Below, piece by piece: positions 1-9,651 of a stretch of DNA of 64,000 nt; the stretch's first letter is position 1; each line of letters opens with the position of its first letter. A model generated the notes under the pieces. It was not told where the DNA came from, searched no databases, and saw only the letters and a list, made by a program, of their open reading frames with translations. The DNA lies in the NCBI GenBank assembly GCA_963696385.1, contig CAVOKF010000004.1, positions 416,001-480,000 of the forward strand, in the 5' to 3' direction. The position numbers and the translations under genes are program-made. This DNA is from an uncultured delta proteobacterium (GTDB lineage Bacteria; Myxococcota_A; Polyangia; Polyangiales; Polyangiaceae).

Positions 1-93
1 AAGGGGACCGATTTAATGACCGACGCGCCGAACGTCGTTTCGCCTGCGCAGCTTCTCGAGCTGAGGATCCGAGTCGCCGAGGGCGCGTCGTAG
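1..93 (+). CDS. aspS: Aspartate--tRNA ligase, C-terminal end (partial)
   Basis: Frame 1 reads KGTDLMTDAPNVVSPAQLLELRIRVAEGAS*, matching the bacterial AspRS C-terminus pattern (LMTxAPxxV...QLxELxI). Only 30 codons are visible. Confidence 0.7.
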   Translation, partial: KGTDLMTDAPNVVSPAQLLELRIRVAEGAS

Positions 94-249
94 CCACGCC
101 GTCGTCTCCACTCCACGCCCGAACAGACCCCCGCCCGGACGGGTCCAGGCGCGATGGGCTCTCAGCGTAACGGCTCGCCCGCTTCAATCGCGAGGCCAAG
201 CCATTCGAGGATGGCGCGAGCTCGGGCGTTGACGGCGTGGGTCCTCCGC

Positions 250-1308
250 TTACCGCTCGAGCAGCTGCCGGAGCGCCGCGAGCGGATCGAAGCCGAGCAG
301 CGCTGTCACGTCCTTTCCGGTGGCCCGGGCTACGTGCGTGCGTGCGGCGCGAATCCACGGGGTCACGGCGGCGAGGGGTGCGATGCGTCCGGTCAAGACG
401 CGGAGCCCGCGCAGAGCGTAGTAGGTGCCGTCGAACCCGATGGCGACTCCGACCGCGATGGGCATGGGGGAGATGATCACGTCGCGAACCGCAACCGCGC
501 GGCTCCACGCACCGGGCCGGCGGTCCGTCTGCAAGGATCGGAACGTGGAAAGCTCCGCGAAACAGCCGAATCCGACAGGCGCGTACCGCTCCTCGACTGC
601 GCGGGCGAGGTGGCGGTAGTCACGCCTCCAGTCGCCCGACAAAAGTCCTAGGCCGGGGCGCAACTCCTCGGGGCCGGCGACCACGTCGAAGGCGTCTCCG
701 CGCCGCCGGGCGACGAACGACGTCCAGAGGGCCCCCTCGTCGAACAGACCGAGCACCACCGCTCGCCCATTCGCGCAAAGCGCGTCGAGAGTCCGACGGA
801 TGACCGCGGCCGTCGGCAACGGTAGGCCGCGCAGCCGCTGCGGCCAGGTGGCAATGGCTCCCTCGTCGATCATCTCGCGCAGGATCCCGAGGAACATGAC
901 CGACTGGGCGGTGAAGTCGTCGCCCCGGCGCGCACGCGCGCCGAAGCGTTCCATGACCTCGTCCAGCGCACCCAACCTCAGGCTCAAGACCCAGCTGGCA
1001 TGATGAGCTTGGGCCATCTGCGGCAACGACGAAAGGGCGTTGGCTGGCGGCGTCGCGGCGCGCGCCTCGGCGGGATGGCTCGGGGCCGCCGCAGCAGCAG
1101 CCGACAGGGCCGTAGCCGCCGACGGGTCGAGGCGGCCGTGGTGGGTATGCAGCAGTTTGAGGACCAGACCCTCTTCATGCACGATCACCAGGCCGCCCCG
1201 TGGCTGCGTTCGCTCGTGGTCGGGCGTCGCGCGCGGCTGCCAGAGTCGAAGAAAGCGCAGCCAATCCTCGGTGGTCCAGCCCTCGAAGCGCACATCGGGG
1301 GTCAGCAA
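250..1308 (-). CDS. Hypothetical protein (352 aa)
   Basis: Long ORF with protein-like composition and GC3 bias (MLTPDVRFEGWTTEDWLRF...). No motif recognised. Confidence 0.8.
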   Translation of the reverse strand: MLTPDVRFEGWTTEDWLRFLRLWQPRATPDHERTQPRGGLVIVHEEGLVLKLLHTHHGRLDPSAATALSAAAAAAPSHPAEARAATPPANALSSLPQMAQAHHASWVLSLRLGALDEVMERFGARARRGDDFTAQSVMFLGILREMIDEGAIATWPQRLRGLPLPTAAVIRRTLDALCANGRAVVLGLFDEGALWTSFVARRRGDAFDVVAGPEELRPGLGLLSGDWRRDYRHLARAVEERYAPVGFGCFAELSTFRSLQTDRRPGAWSRAVAVRDVIISPMPIAVGVAIGFDGTYYALRGLRVLTGRIAPLAAVTPWIRAARTHVARATGKDVTALLGFDPLAALRQLLER

Positions 1309-1355
1309 AGCGGCCCGAGCATAGCAGCGGCGTGCTAATCGGCTCCCCGCCTCGC

Positions 1356-2294
1356 GTGAATGCCGAGCACATCTTCGTTCGGTACGTCTTGCCGCTCGTT
1401 CCGCCCGAAGAGCGCGACGACCTGGCGCGTGCGCGAAGCGTCGATGCGAACCCGGGTCGCAACGGGGCGGTCCTCGGTCACCTCGACGACGCTGCCAATC
1501 GGTTCGCGCGCAATGCCTCGGGTCTGTTCGGCACCGACTTGCGCCTCAATCGAACCGACGCGAGCGTTCATCGGCTCGGCGCCGCGCTGACCCGTGCTCG
1601 TCGCGATGCCTGGGCGAATCAAGGAACTCCCGGCACGGCCGACAACCTACTCTTCAATGCTATCGCTCACGGAGCCGCGTACGTCGGAGCGTGCATCGTG
1701 GATCGCCATGCCGGCGTATGGGGCGTGCGCCGTCCGCTTTGGGAAAGCGTCGTGCGGCTTCGATCGGCCGCGGGCGAGGCCGACCTCGCCGTGTTCCATT
1801 GGTGGCTCAAGTCGTTGTCGGACGATGCGCTCGGAGGATCCACCGGCGCCACGCTGGCCGATCGGTACCGCGCCCACGTCGAGGTCCCGTGCGCGGCTCC
1901 GTACGCTTTGCCGGTGCTCGTATCGGGAGAGCGCGCGTTGCCCAGGCTCAAGCATCCGAGCTACGATCGACTCCATAAATATCTGAGAGCCCACATCCCC
2001 GAAGTGAAGGATGTCGGCGCCGATTTCCCGAGTGCCGAGCGTTTCGCCGCCTTCGGTTTTCGATGGATGGACTTCCACCTCGTCGGGGGGGGGCGCAACG
2101 TCCTGCTCGCGGGGGCCTGCCGCGAAGGCCTGCACTTGATTTGGCTCGGTCAGGCCGGCTTCGAGAAGAGCGCGTTCGTCGCGGGTGACGAGCAGCCCAA
2201 TCCGGTCGTACGCATCGAAGGCGATCGCGTCACGGCCATGACGTCGGAAGGTGGCCAAGCGCGCGTCGCCGAACTGCTTTGGTGGGGTCCCTGA
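1356..2294 (+). CDS. Hypothetical protein
   Basis: Protein-like part of ORF 1200..2294 begins at GTG 1356 (VNAEHIFVRYVLPL...). Divergent from the previous gene. Confidence 0.8.
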   Translation: MNAEHIFVRYVLPLVPPEERDDLARARSVDANPGRNGAVLGHLDDAANRFARNASGLFGTDLRLNRTDASVHRLGAALTRARRDAWANQGTPGTADNLLFNAIAHGAAYVGACIVDRHAGVWGVRRPLWESVVRLRSAAGEADLAVFHWWLKSLSDDALGGSTGATLADRYRAHVEVPCAAPYALPVLVSGERALPRLKHPSYDRLHKYLRAHIPEVKDVGADFPSAERFAAFGFRWMDFHLVGGGRNVLLAGACREGLHLIWLGQAGFEKSAFVAGDEQPNPVVRIEGDRVTAMTSEGGQARVAELLWWGP

Positions 2295-2350
2295 TCGCCC
2301 CAGCACACGCCGGGGCACCCGGCCTCCGAAGGATCGATGCCTGGGTCGGT

Positions 2351-3175
2351 TCAGCGCCCCGGTGCATCGGTCGTCCACCAGCGGATGCACAAATCGTCGC
2401 TCGCATGGCGCACGGCCGCCTGCGGCGCGATCGTCGTGACACGCGAATCGCCGATCCGTCCGTTCGGCTTGGGGGACACGCTGACGGAAAGTCCCAAGGT
2501 TTCGGCCTCGGGACCGCAGAGGTTCGCTTCGGCGCGCGCGACGATCCATGGCTTGGAATCGACGGACACGACCTGAATGCGTCCGAGTGTCATGGCAAGC
2601 CCCCCGGCGACACCCAAGCGCACGACGACGTCGCGTGCTCCGGTCGCGTCGGCTATTGGGCCGCGCAACAGGCTCCGGATGCGGATCACCGCGATCTCGC
2701 CCGCCGAGTACGCGCGCTTGAGCTGCGCCTCCTTGATGCGGAGAACGACGCCGGCCATTTGTGAGGGCCCGAGCAGAGGCTGAGTCCCGGGACCGCGTGC
2801 GGGCGCCGTTTCGGTGGCGATACGCTCGCCGGGCTCCTCGCTCCGTGCGTCGCCCCGCGCGTCGGCCGGCGACGTCAATCGCGCATCCAGGGCGATCGGC
2901 GTTCCCGGCGCCCCGAACGCCACGTAGAGATCGAGGCCACCGGACTGCCAGTCGCCGCGCGGTAGGTTGACGTCCTCGATCACCGTGACGCGGTCGCGCG
3001 CTGCTTCGACGCGGACGCGCGCCACGCTCGGCAGCATGGGTAGAGGAAGCGTTGGCGCGCGCGACCAGGCTGGTGGGGCAGCGGCGCGGGCGGCAGGGCG
3101 CGTGGAGGGCATCTTCGCGCGATCTCGGCCGACCAGCGCGAGGCCGATGCTCACGACGGCCAGAGCGAGTCTCAC
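2351..3175 (-). CDS. Hypothetical exported protein
   Basis: GTG at 3175 overlaps the upstream TGA (GTGA). N-terminal hydrophobic stretch VRLALAVVSIGLALVG. Confidence 0.7.
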   Translation of the reverse strand: MRLALAVVSIGLALVGRDRAKMPSTRPAARAAAPPAWSRAPTLPLPMLPSVARVRVEAARDRVTVIEDVNLPRGDWQSGGLDLYVAFGAPGTPIALDARLTSPADARGDARSEEPGERIATETAPARGPGTQPLLGPSQMAGVVLRIKEAQLKRAYSAGEIAVIRIRSLLRGPIADATGARDVVVRLGVAGGLAMTLGRIQVVSVDSKPWIVARAEANLCGPEAETLGLSVSVSPKPNGRIGDSRVTTIAPQAAVRHASDDLCIRWWTTDAPGR

Positions 3176-4536
3176 CCAAGAGCCTCCTCGAACAGACGCC
3201 CTTGCGCCTGGGCAATCGGTACCAATGCCGCTTCGTCGATGGGCTCCGGTACCGGCATGGCGCCTTGCGCCCGCAACTGCGCCCACGCCGCCGGGTTGCG
3301 AAACCAGTCGGAGTCGAACCGATTGCGCAGCGTCTCGCGCAACGACGGCGCCTGAAGCAGCGCCACGAACCGCCCCGGCTCGTCGTCGCGCGCGAACGGC
3401 CACGCACCGCGCAACCGGGCGTCGAGCGGGGCTCCGAACAGGCGCACGCCAATCTCGTCGAAGAGGCTCGGCGGCGAGGGGTCCTCGTCGTCGCCGAGCA
3501 AGATCCGAGCGGCGTGCAGGCGGACTTCCAAGAGGGCGCTTCGAGCCAGTATCCGCGCCTGGCTGGCGGCGATCCGGCGCCCGAGCCCGAGCTCACGCCG
3601 CTGAAACTCCATGTCCGCGGCCAGTGAGGCAAAGACGAAGCCGTGTCGGTGTGCGCCGACCGACGCGACCTCTCGTGACAGCCCGTGCGGTAGCGAGGAC
3701 GGCGCCGCGCCCAGGCGGGCGGCGAATCCAAAGGCGTAGAGCGCGCGCGCGAAGCTCGAGGCGCCGAACGCGGGCGGAAGCTGGGGAAGGCGAATCCGCA
3801 GACCCGGCGTGAGCGCCCCGAATATTTCCTCGAGCCACCGCGACGAGAGATGGGCGGGCCAGCCCTCGCCGGCGTCGCGCGCGGTCGCCTGATGCAGTGT
3901 CGCCGCCGCACCCGGTGCGCCACTATGGCCCGCCTGCCGGCGCACCGCGACCGTGAGGTCTTCGGTCGCGTCGAGCAGCCGCGTCGCCGCTTCGCGAATC
4001 GCGTTGCGCGAAACGGGCACCGAAATTTCCCAGGGGTGGGAGAAGCCCAGGCGCCGGGCGACCTCGACTCGCCTCGCCGCAGTTTTTCGACCGATGGCTG
4101 CGAGCCCCGTACCGGCTTCGCAGGCCGCCTCCATCCAGCACTCCGCCTCGCCGCCCGTTCGAGCGGCGACGAGGCCACGCCACGCCTCGCGCCACGATAC
4201 GAGACGTGGGGTCGGACCGTGGAATCGTCCGCGCGCAGCGTTGACGTGTCGAGCCCGCGCCAGCTCGTCGGCGAGGCCGATACGCGTCTGCACCAGCGCG
4301 GCCACCCAGGTCATCAGAGAGTCCCGCAACGGTCCGTCGGCGCCGCTGGGAGTCCACGCGCGCAACGCGTCCCGTGTCGACTTCGCCGACGCTCGCCTTA
4401 CCCCCTCGAATGGGTCTTGCTCCGCGCTGGCGTCCGGATCATCCGCCAGGCCTGCCCGCCAGCTTTCGACCTGTCCCACGGCACGCGCCACGTCCCGGTC
4501 GAGCGCGAGCAGGTCGTCAATCGTCGATTCAGCCAT
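3172..4536 (-). CDS. Hypothetical protein, possible degenerate M3-like peptidase fold
   Basis: 454-aa helical ORF overlapping miaE. C-terminal FDSDWFRNP-type motif; no HExxH. Confidence 0.7.
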   Translation of the reverse strand: MAESTIDDLLALDRDVARAVGQVESWRAGLADDPDASAEQDPFEGVRRASAKSTRDALRAWTPSGADGPLRDSLMTWVAALVQTRIGLADELARARHVNAARGRFHGPTPRLVSWREAWRGLVAARTGGEAECWMEAACEAGTGLAAIGRKTAARRVEVARRLGFSHPWEISVPVSRNAIREAATRLLDATEDLTVAVRRQAGHSGAPGAAATLHQATARDAGEGWPAHLSSRWLEEIFGALTPGLRIRLPQLPPAFGASSFARALYAFGFAARLGAAPSSLPHGLSREVASVGAHRHGFVFASLAADMEFQRRELGLGRRIAASQARILARSALLEVRLHAARILLGDDEDPSPPSLFDEIGVRLFGAPLDARLRGAWPFARDDEPGRFVALLQAPSLRETLRNRFDSDWFRNPAAWAQLRAQGAMPVPEPIDEAALVPIAQAQGRLFEEALG

Positions 4537-5152
4537 GAATCGTAGCGCGTTCCGACGGCGCGTCCCGACGAGCGAGTGCCGTCACGATGGCCGCCTCGGC
4601 CTCGGCGAGCCGTTCCAGTCGCGTCACCACACGCCGGCGATCGCCGTGGCCGACCCGCAGCGCCAGATCGACGAATGTCCGATAGTGGCCGGCTTCTGCG
4701 GCGAAGAGCTCCTCCCACAGTGCGGCGACTTCTCGCTGCCCGACTTCGCTCGTCGCTGCGTCGGCGAGCAGTTTGAATCGCTCGCACGAGCGAGCCTCGA
4801 TGATCGCGGCCACGAGCAGTCGATCCACGAGCGGAGTGGAGACGGGCCCGTCGGGCAACGCGCGAATGGCCCTGCGCAGCCCGGCTGCATACCCGTCGAC
4901 GGTCGGCGCGCCGAGGGTCGCTCCGCGGGCCTCGATGAGGGTACGCACACGCTCGAAGTGGTCCCGCTCTTCGCGAGCCAGGTCGGTCAGCACCCGCACC
5001 AAGTCTACGTCTTCGGGGTAGCGGGTCGCGAGCGAGAGCGCGTTCGACGCCGCCTTCATCTCGCAATGGGCATGATCGATGAGGACGGCGTCGATGCGAC
5101 TCACCGCTGCGCTCGCCCACGCGGCATCGGTTCCCACTCTCAAGCAGAGCAT
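4529..5152 (-). CDS. miaE: tRNA-(ms2io6A37) hydroxylase MiaE
   Basis: LIDHAHCEMKAAS, LAREERDHF, IEARSCERF and EAGHY di-iron motifs typical of MiaE. Confidence 0.92.
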   Translation of the reverse strand: MLCLRVGTDAAWASAAVSRIDAVLIDHAHCEMKAASNALSLATRYPEDVDLVRVLTDLAREERDHFERVRTLIEARGATLGAPTVDGYAAGLRRAIRALPDGPVSTPLVDRLLVAAIIEARSCERFKLLADAATSEVGQREVAALWEELFAAEAGHYRTFVDLALRVGHGDRRRVVTRLERLAEAEAAIVTALARRDAPSERATIHG

Positions 5153-5164
5153 CGTCGTATGTTC

Positions 5165-5629
5165 TTAGCGTTTCTGGCCGCCCTTTCGTAGTCTTCCGAG
5201 CTCGCCGCCCAAAGCGGCAAAGGGAACCGCTATCCCCACGACGACGAGCGCTCCGGGGGCGAAGCCAAGCGTGAGCCAGGAAGCGGCGATCGCCACGATC
5301 GCAGCCACCAGTCCGGCAAGCGCCGCTCGGCGCGGGCCCCCCGTGGGCCCCCCCCATGCTCCGATCAGCGCGCCGCCGGCCAGGGCCGCGGCGGCGAGCG
5401 CGAACGCGGAGGCCACGGCGTAGCCGATCGCGGCGCGCGCCAGCCGATGGGGTCCTTCGCCGACTGCGATCCAGTGCGAGGCGACCGATACACCCAACGC
5501 CGCCAGAGGCACCCACACGACGAAAATGGCGATGGCCCCGAACCCCACCCATTGCCAGGCGGTTCGTGGCTCGAGTTCGCCCGACGCGTCGTCCGAAGGC
5601 ACAAGAGGCAAGCGGCGCTTGCGCTCCAT
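5165..5629 (-). CDS. Hypothetical membrane protein
   Basis: 154 aa with about 4 hydrophobic segments; co-directional with miaE. Confidence 0.75.
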   Translation of the reverse strand: MERKRRLPLVPSDDASGELEPRTAWQWVGFGAIAIFVVWVPLAALGVSVASHWIAVGEGPHRLARAAIGYAVASAFALAAAALAGGALIGAWGGPTGGPRRAALAGLVAAIVAIAASWLTLGFAPGALVVVGIAVPFAALGGELGRLRKGGQKR

Positions 5630-5679
5630 GCGCGGTAAGATAGCCGAGTCGGGATCCCGGTAACAGCGGGCGGGCCGCC

Positions 5680-6141
5680 ATGTTAGATGGCGGATCTGTC
5701 GTGCCTTCGGAACCGATCGATCCGGCCGCCGCGCGCAGCGTCGTCCGCGTCCGTGTGCGCTTCGACGATACGGACCTCATGGGTATCGTTCATCACGCGA
5801 AGTATCTGTCGTTCATGGAAATCGCCCGGGTCGAATGGCTCCGTCGCCGGGGTGCCAACTACGCGGAATGGACCGTTCGCGGCATCCACCTTCCCGTCGT
5901 CGAGGTCTCGGTGCGGTACCGAGCACCGGCCCGCTTTGACGACGAGCTCGACGTCCAGACAGTCCTTTCCGAGATCGGGGCGGCGACCGTGCGTTTCGAT
6001 TTTCGCCTGGTTCGGGTAGGGGACGCCACACTGTGCGCCGAAGGCTGGACGCGGCTCGCCCATGTGGACGGTCGGCACGCGCTGCGCCGAATTTCGAGGG
6101 AGATTGTGGCGGAGCTCACGCGGCCCGAGCGCCTCTCGTGA
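5680..6141 (+). CDS. YbgC/FadM-family acyl-CoA thioesterase
   Basis: VRVRFDDTDLMGIVHHAKYLSFMEIARVEWL and RYRAPARFDDEL hot-dog thioesterase motifs. Confidence 0.9.
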   Translation: MLDGGSVVPSEPIDPAAARSVVRVRVRFDDTDLMGIVHHAKYLSFMEIARVEWLRRRGANYAEWTVRGIHLPVVEVSVRYRAPARFDDELDVQTVLSEIGAATVRFDFRLVRVGDATLCAEGWTRLAHVDGRHALRRISREIVAELTRPERLS

Positions 6142-6506
6142 AGGCCCTCGAGCGGGGGCCCGCCTGGCTCGCGGCTCTCTCGTTGCTGATCGCTTGCGAA
6201 GAGGTGGGTTCGGCGCGACTGCAAGGACGCTGGCGGGGCGTGCGCATCGAGGGAGGTGGCGGCGACCGCGCGAACGCGTTCGCGCTCGCCACAGAGATTC
6301 GCGTGGATGGCCATTCGATGACCGTGGTGTCGCCGAACCTGACCCAGTCGGGCCGATATCGGGTGGTGCGCGAGGACGCGACGACCGTCGTCCTGGTCAC
6401 CGACGCCGACGGGCCGGCGGCGGCCCACACGTTCACGTTCGGAGAAGACGGCACGATGCGGTGGGCCGTGCTCGCCGGCCGTTCGATCGTCTTCGCGCGC
6501 GAATGA
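6138..6506 (+). CDS. Hypothetical lipoprotein
   Basis: GTG overlaps the thioesterase stop. Lipobox-like LLIAC followed by a beta-rich domain (LQGRWRG...). Confidence 0.7.
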   Translation: MKALERGPAWLAALSLLIACEEVGSARLQGRWRGVRIEGGGGDRANAFALATEIRVDGHSMTVVSPNLTQSGRYRVVREDATTVVLVTDADGPAAAHTFTFGEDGTMRWAVLAGRSIVFARE

Positions 6507-6623
6507 GCTTTCTACAGAACGATCCCGCGCTTCCACCCTTCAAGCCCTCGATCCAGACTGCGAACATCCGTCGTACCGGCCGCTCGACGGCGACATCCGT
6601 CGGTCCGGGGCCTTCCTGTGGCT

Positions 6624-9620
6624 TTAGCGACGGACGGGTTCGCGACCCATTCGAAAGGAGAGTGTCCGATCGTCGCGCTGTACCGTCACGAGCACGTCGT
6701 CGGCCAGCGGACCGCTCAACCGCGCCCGCGCATCCTCGATGGAACCGACCGTCGCCCCGTCGACCGTCAGCAGGACGTCGCCGGGAACCACCCCGGCGCG
6801 CTCGGCCTCGCTCCCCTCGACCACGGACACGATGACGACCTCCGCGGGATTCCCTGTTTCCCCGAGAGTCACCGCCACGCTCGAGCCTTGGGGGGGCTCG
6901 TCGACGGCGGCGCCGGCGGCCGCCATGCCGAGCGTCAAGCGGATGCCTTCGTTCGATCGCCCGGCGACGAGGTTGACCGTTGCCCGAGTGCGGCCTGCCT
7001 CGGGCGCATAGGCTTCGAGCGTGACAGGGCCTTCGGGCAGCTCCCCGAGTCGGAACCGCCCGCGCGCGTCCGTGATTGCCAGTCCGTCGGGGGTCGACCC
7101 GACCCGCAGCCACGTTGGAGCGCCGTCGCGCGCCACGCGCGCCCCTGCCACCGGCTCGCCGCGAGCGTCGACGACGTCGCCTTCGGCGACGCACTCGGCG
7201 GCCATGGCGATTCGATCGATCTCGAACGGTCGACGCCCGCGGCTGTCCGGGATGGTGATCGCGTCGTGGTAGGGCGCGTACTGGCGGGCCGTGATGCGCA
7301 GTTGCGTGGCGCCGGCGGCCAGGTCGGTCAGCGCGAACGCACCTCGCGCATCGGTGCGGGCGTGGCGCGCTCCGAGATCCGTGTACAAGGTCACGTCGGC
7401 ACCGCCGATCGGCTCGCCTTCGCGAGCGGTCACGACCTGTCCAGCGGCCGATTCGGCCGCAGCCAGCTCGACGCGCAACGCATCGGTGCTCGCATCGGTG
7501 ACCCAGACGCGCGGCGCGTGCGAGGGTGCCCGAATCTCGATCCGCAGCGGCACCCCGTGAGCGCGCTTCAGCTGTGCCTCGCCGTCGGCTCCCGTGAATA
7601 CGGTCGTGCGCAACAGCGAGTCGGTCGAAAGAGAGCTTGCGGTGATCTGCGCCGTGGCGATCGGCCAGCCTCTGTCGTCCACCACCGTGACCGGAAGCGG
7701 GCCGCGCTCTTCGGGCAAGTGGAGGGTCACTTCCTGGCGTCCCCCCTCCGGCACCGAGACATGCAACCGCACCTCCGGCTGGTCGTCGTCCCCTGCGCTT
7801 GCGCCGAGGCTCAGTGCCTCCGGAACGTCGGCGAAGGAGAAGGTTCCGTCGCTTGCCGTTCGGGTGGTCCGGTCGAGCGCCGTGCGCATGGCCGAAATGA
7901 CGACGCGGGCCCCCTGCACGGGACGATCGTGCGCGTCGAGCACTTGCCCTTCGAGCGATCCCCCCTCGTGGAGTACGACCTCGACGTGCGATTCGCCGCC
8001 CGGGACGAGCCCGACGATGTCGCTTTCGGACTCGACGAATTCCGGATGATGCACGATCGCACGGATGCGGCCCGGCGAAGCCGGCGTCGCGCGGAACGTT
8101 CCGTCGTAGCGCGTGACCCACGGCTCGCTGTCGACGCGGTCCACCGGTGAGCCCCACCTCGTTGCGCCCGATGGGCTCGCGACCGGGACCGGAGGAACCG
8201 GCCCGGGCACGACGCCGAGCTCGCCGGCAGCGACGAAGGGTGCGGGCCCCGCCAGCATCGAAGCGAATTGAGCTGCCTGGAAGCGTGCGCGCCGGGGATC
8301 ATCGAAGATGGGGTCCCCGTTCATGTCCGTTCCGACCAGCTCGATCGTGGCGCCCGCGACGGGAACTCCGCGGGTGTCGACGACGCGCCCAGTCAATACA
8401 CCCGCGCGAACGAGCGCGACCCGCGTCTCGAGCGGAGGCGGATCGGCCACGAGGACCGCCCCACGCCCGACGAACCCTTTGGCTTGTGCCCCGATCGTGG
8501 TCGTACCGGGCGCTACGGGACCGAGGCGCGCACGTCCGTGTGCATCGGTGGTCGCCTCGAGGGGGAAGGGCGACAGCCCGCCCTCGGCGAGCAGCACACG
8601 CGCTGCGGCGATGGGGGCCGCGTCGTCGCCCTCGCCATCGGTGACGCGCACGCCGACGAATCGTCCCGGCCCCAGACGAAGCTCGACACTCTTTTCCTCG
8701 CCGCGTTCGAGGCTGATGCCGAGCTCGATCGGCGACGCGGACTGCTCTCGGGTCGCCCGCAGCGCGTAGATGCCGGCCACGAGTCCAGCGATCCGCACGT
8801 TGCCTTGCGCATCGGTTCCCGCGGCGCGCGGTGGCCAGAGTGTCGCGCCGGCGACCGAGACGCGCGCATCGGCTGCGGCGCGGCCGCCCTCGGCCAGCAC
8901 GTGGACGTCGAGCGCTCCCAGCCGACGCAGCGTGATCGTGACGACCTCGGCGTCGCGCTCGGCCCGCCCCGGCATCTCCTCGTAGCCGCCGGCTCGGGCC
9001 GTCACACGCCAAGGCCCGGGTCCGAGTCGTTGCATGTGCGCGACCCCATCGGCGCCCGTTTGGGCTCCGACCGGCAAGGGGTCGCTGCTTGCGACGGCTT
9101 CGACCTCGCCGCCGGAGACGGGAGCGCCGAGCTCATCGCGCACGAGGACATCGAACGCGTGGCCGGGGCCGAGCTCGAGCACGATCGTGCGCGGCGCGGC
9201 GTCAACGATGAGGTGGGACGAACCGCGCGCGTATCCGGCCGCATCCGCGAGCAGCCAGAGCTCGCCTCGCGGCAGACGGGCCATCCGCGCCCGCCCCACG
9301 TCGTCGGTGGATCCTCGATCGGCCAAGTAGGCTTGCTCGTCGATGATGGCCAGTGCGCGGACGCGAGCACCGGCGAGCGCGAGGCCTCCCTCGGCGGCGC
9401 GGACCGTAACGTCGATGGCCCCGTCGCGACCGGTGATTTCGCTGGGAACGGGCGCTCCGTCCGACGCGTCGCCGATCGAGCGAAGGCGCGAGCCGGGGAT
9501 TCCGCCGGTCGCCAGGCAGACCGCGACGCCGAGTGCGACTGCGCCGAGGGTGCGGATGACACCGGCCAGGCCGCGTGCGGACCCATACGACGCGCGAGTG
9601 TGGGATGCGGGGTGTCGCAT
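6624..9620 (-). CDS. Carboxypeptidase-regulatory-like repeat protein with C-terminal PDZ domain
   Basis: Repeated GxVxDxxGxPVAGAxV...TDAxGxF modules. C-terminal VVIVSVVEGSEAERAGVVPGDVLLTVDG PDZ motif; N-terminal hydrophobic anchor. Confidence 0.85.
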   Translation of the reverse strand: MRHPASHTRASYGSARGLAGVIRTLGAVALGVAVCLATGGIPGSRLRSIGDASDGAPVPSEITGRDGAIDVTVRAAEGGLALAGARVRALAIIDEQAYLADRGSTDDVGRARMARLPRGELWLLADAAGYARGSSHLIVDAAPRTIVLELGPGHAFDVLVRDELGAPVSGGEVEAVASSDPLPVGAQTGADGVAHMQRLGPGPWRVTARAGGYEEMPGRAERDAEVVTITLRRLGALDVHVLAEGGRAAADARVSVAGATLWPPRAAGTDAQGNVRIAGLVAGIYALRATREQSASPIELGISLERGEEKSVELRLGPGRFVGVRVTDGEGDDAAPIAAARVLLAEGGLSPFPLEATTDAHGRARLGPVAPGTTTIGAQAKGFVGRGAVLVADPPPLETRVALVRAGVLTGRVVDTRGVPVAGATIELVGTDMNGDPIFDDPRRARFQAAQFASMLAGPAPFVAAGELGVVPGPVPPVPVASPSGATRWGSPVDRVDSEPWVTRYDGTFRATPASPGRIRAIVHHPEFVESESDIVGLVPGGESHVEVVLHEGGSLEGQVLDAHDRPVQGARVVISAMRTALDRTTRTASDGTFSFADVPEALSLGASAGDDDQPEVRLHVSVPEGGRQEVTLHLPEERGPLPVTVVDDRGWPIATAQITASSLSTDSLLRTTVFTGADGEAQLKRAHGVPLRIEIRAPSHAPRVWVTDASTDALRVELAAAESAAGQVVTAREGEPIGGADVTLYTDLGARHARTDARGAFALTDLAAGATQLRITARQYAPYHDAITIPDSRGRRPFEIDRIAMAAECVAEGDVVDARGEPVAGARVARDGAPTWLRVGSTPDGLAITDARGRFRLGELPEGPVTLEAYAPEAGRTRATVNLVAGRSNEGIRLTLGMAAAGAAVDEPPQGSSVAVTLGETGNPAEVVIVSVVEGSEAERAGVVPGDVLLTVDGATVGSIEDARARLSGPLADDVLVTVQRDDRTLSFRMGREPVRR

Positions 9621-9651
9621 CGGAAGCCATCCACACTGCTACCATGCTGGG

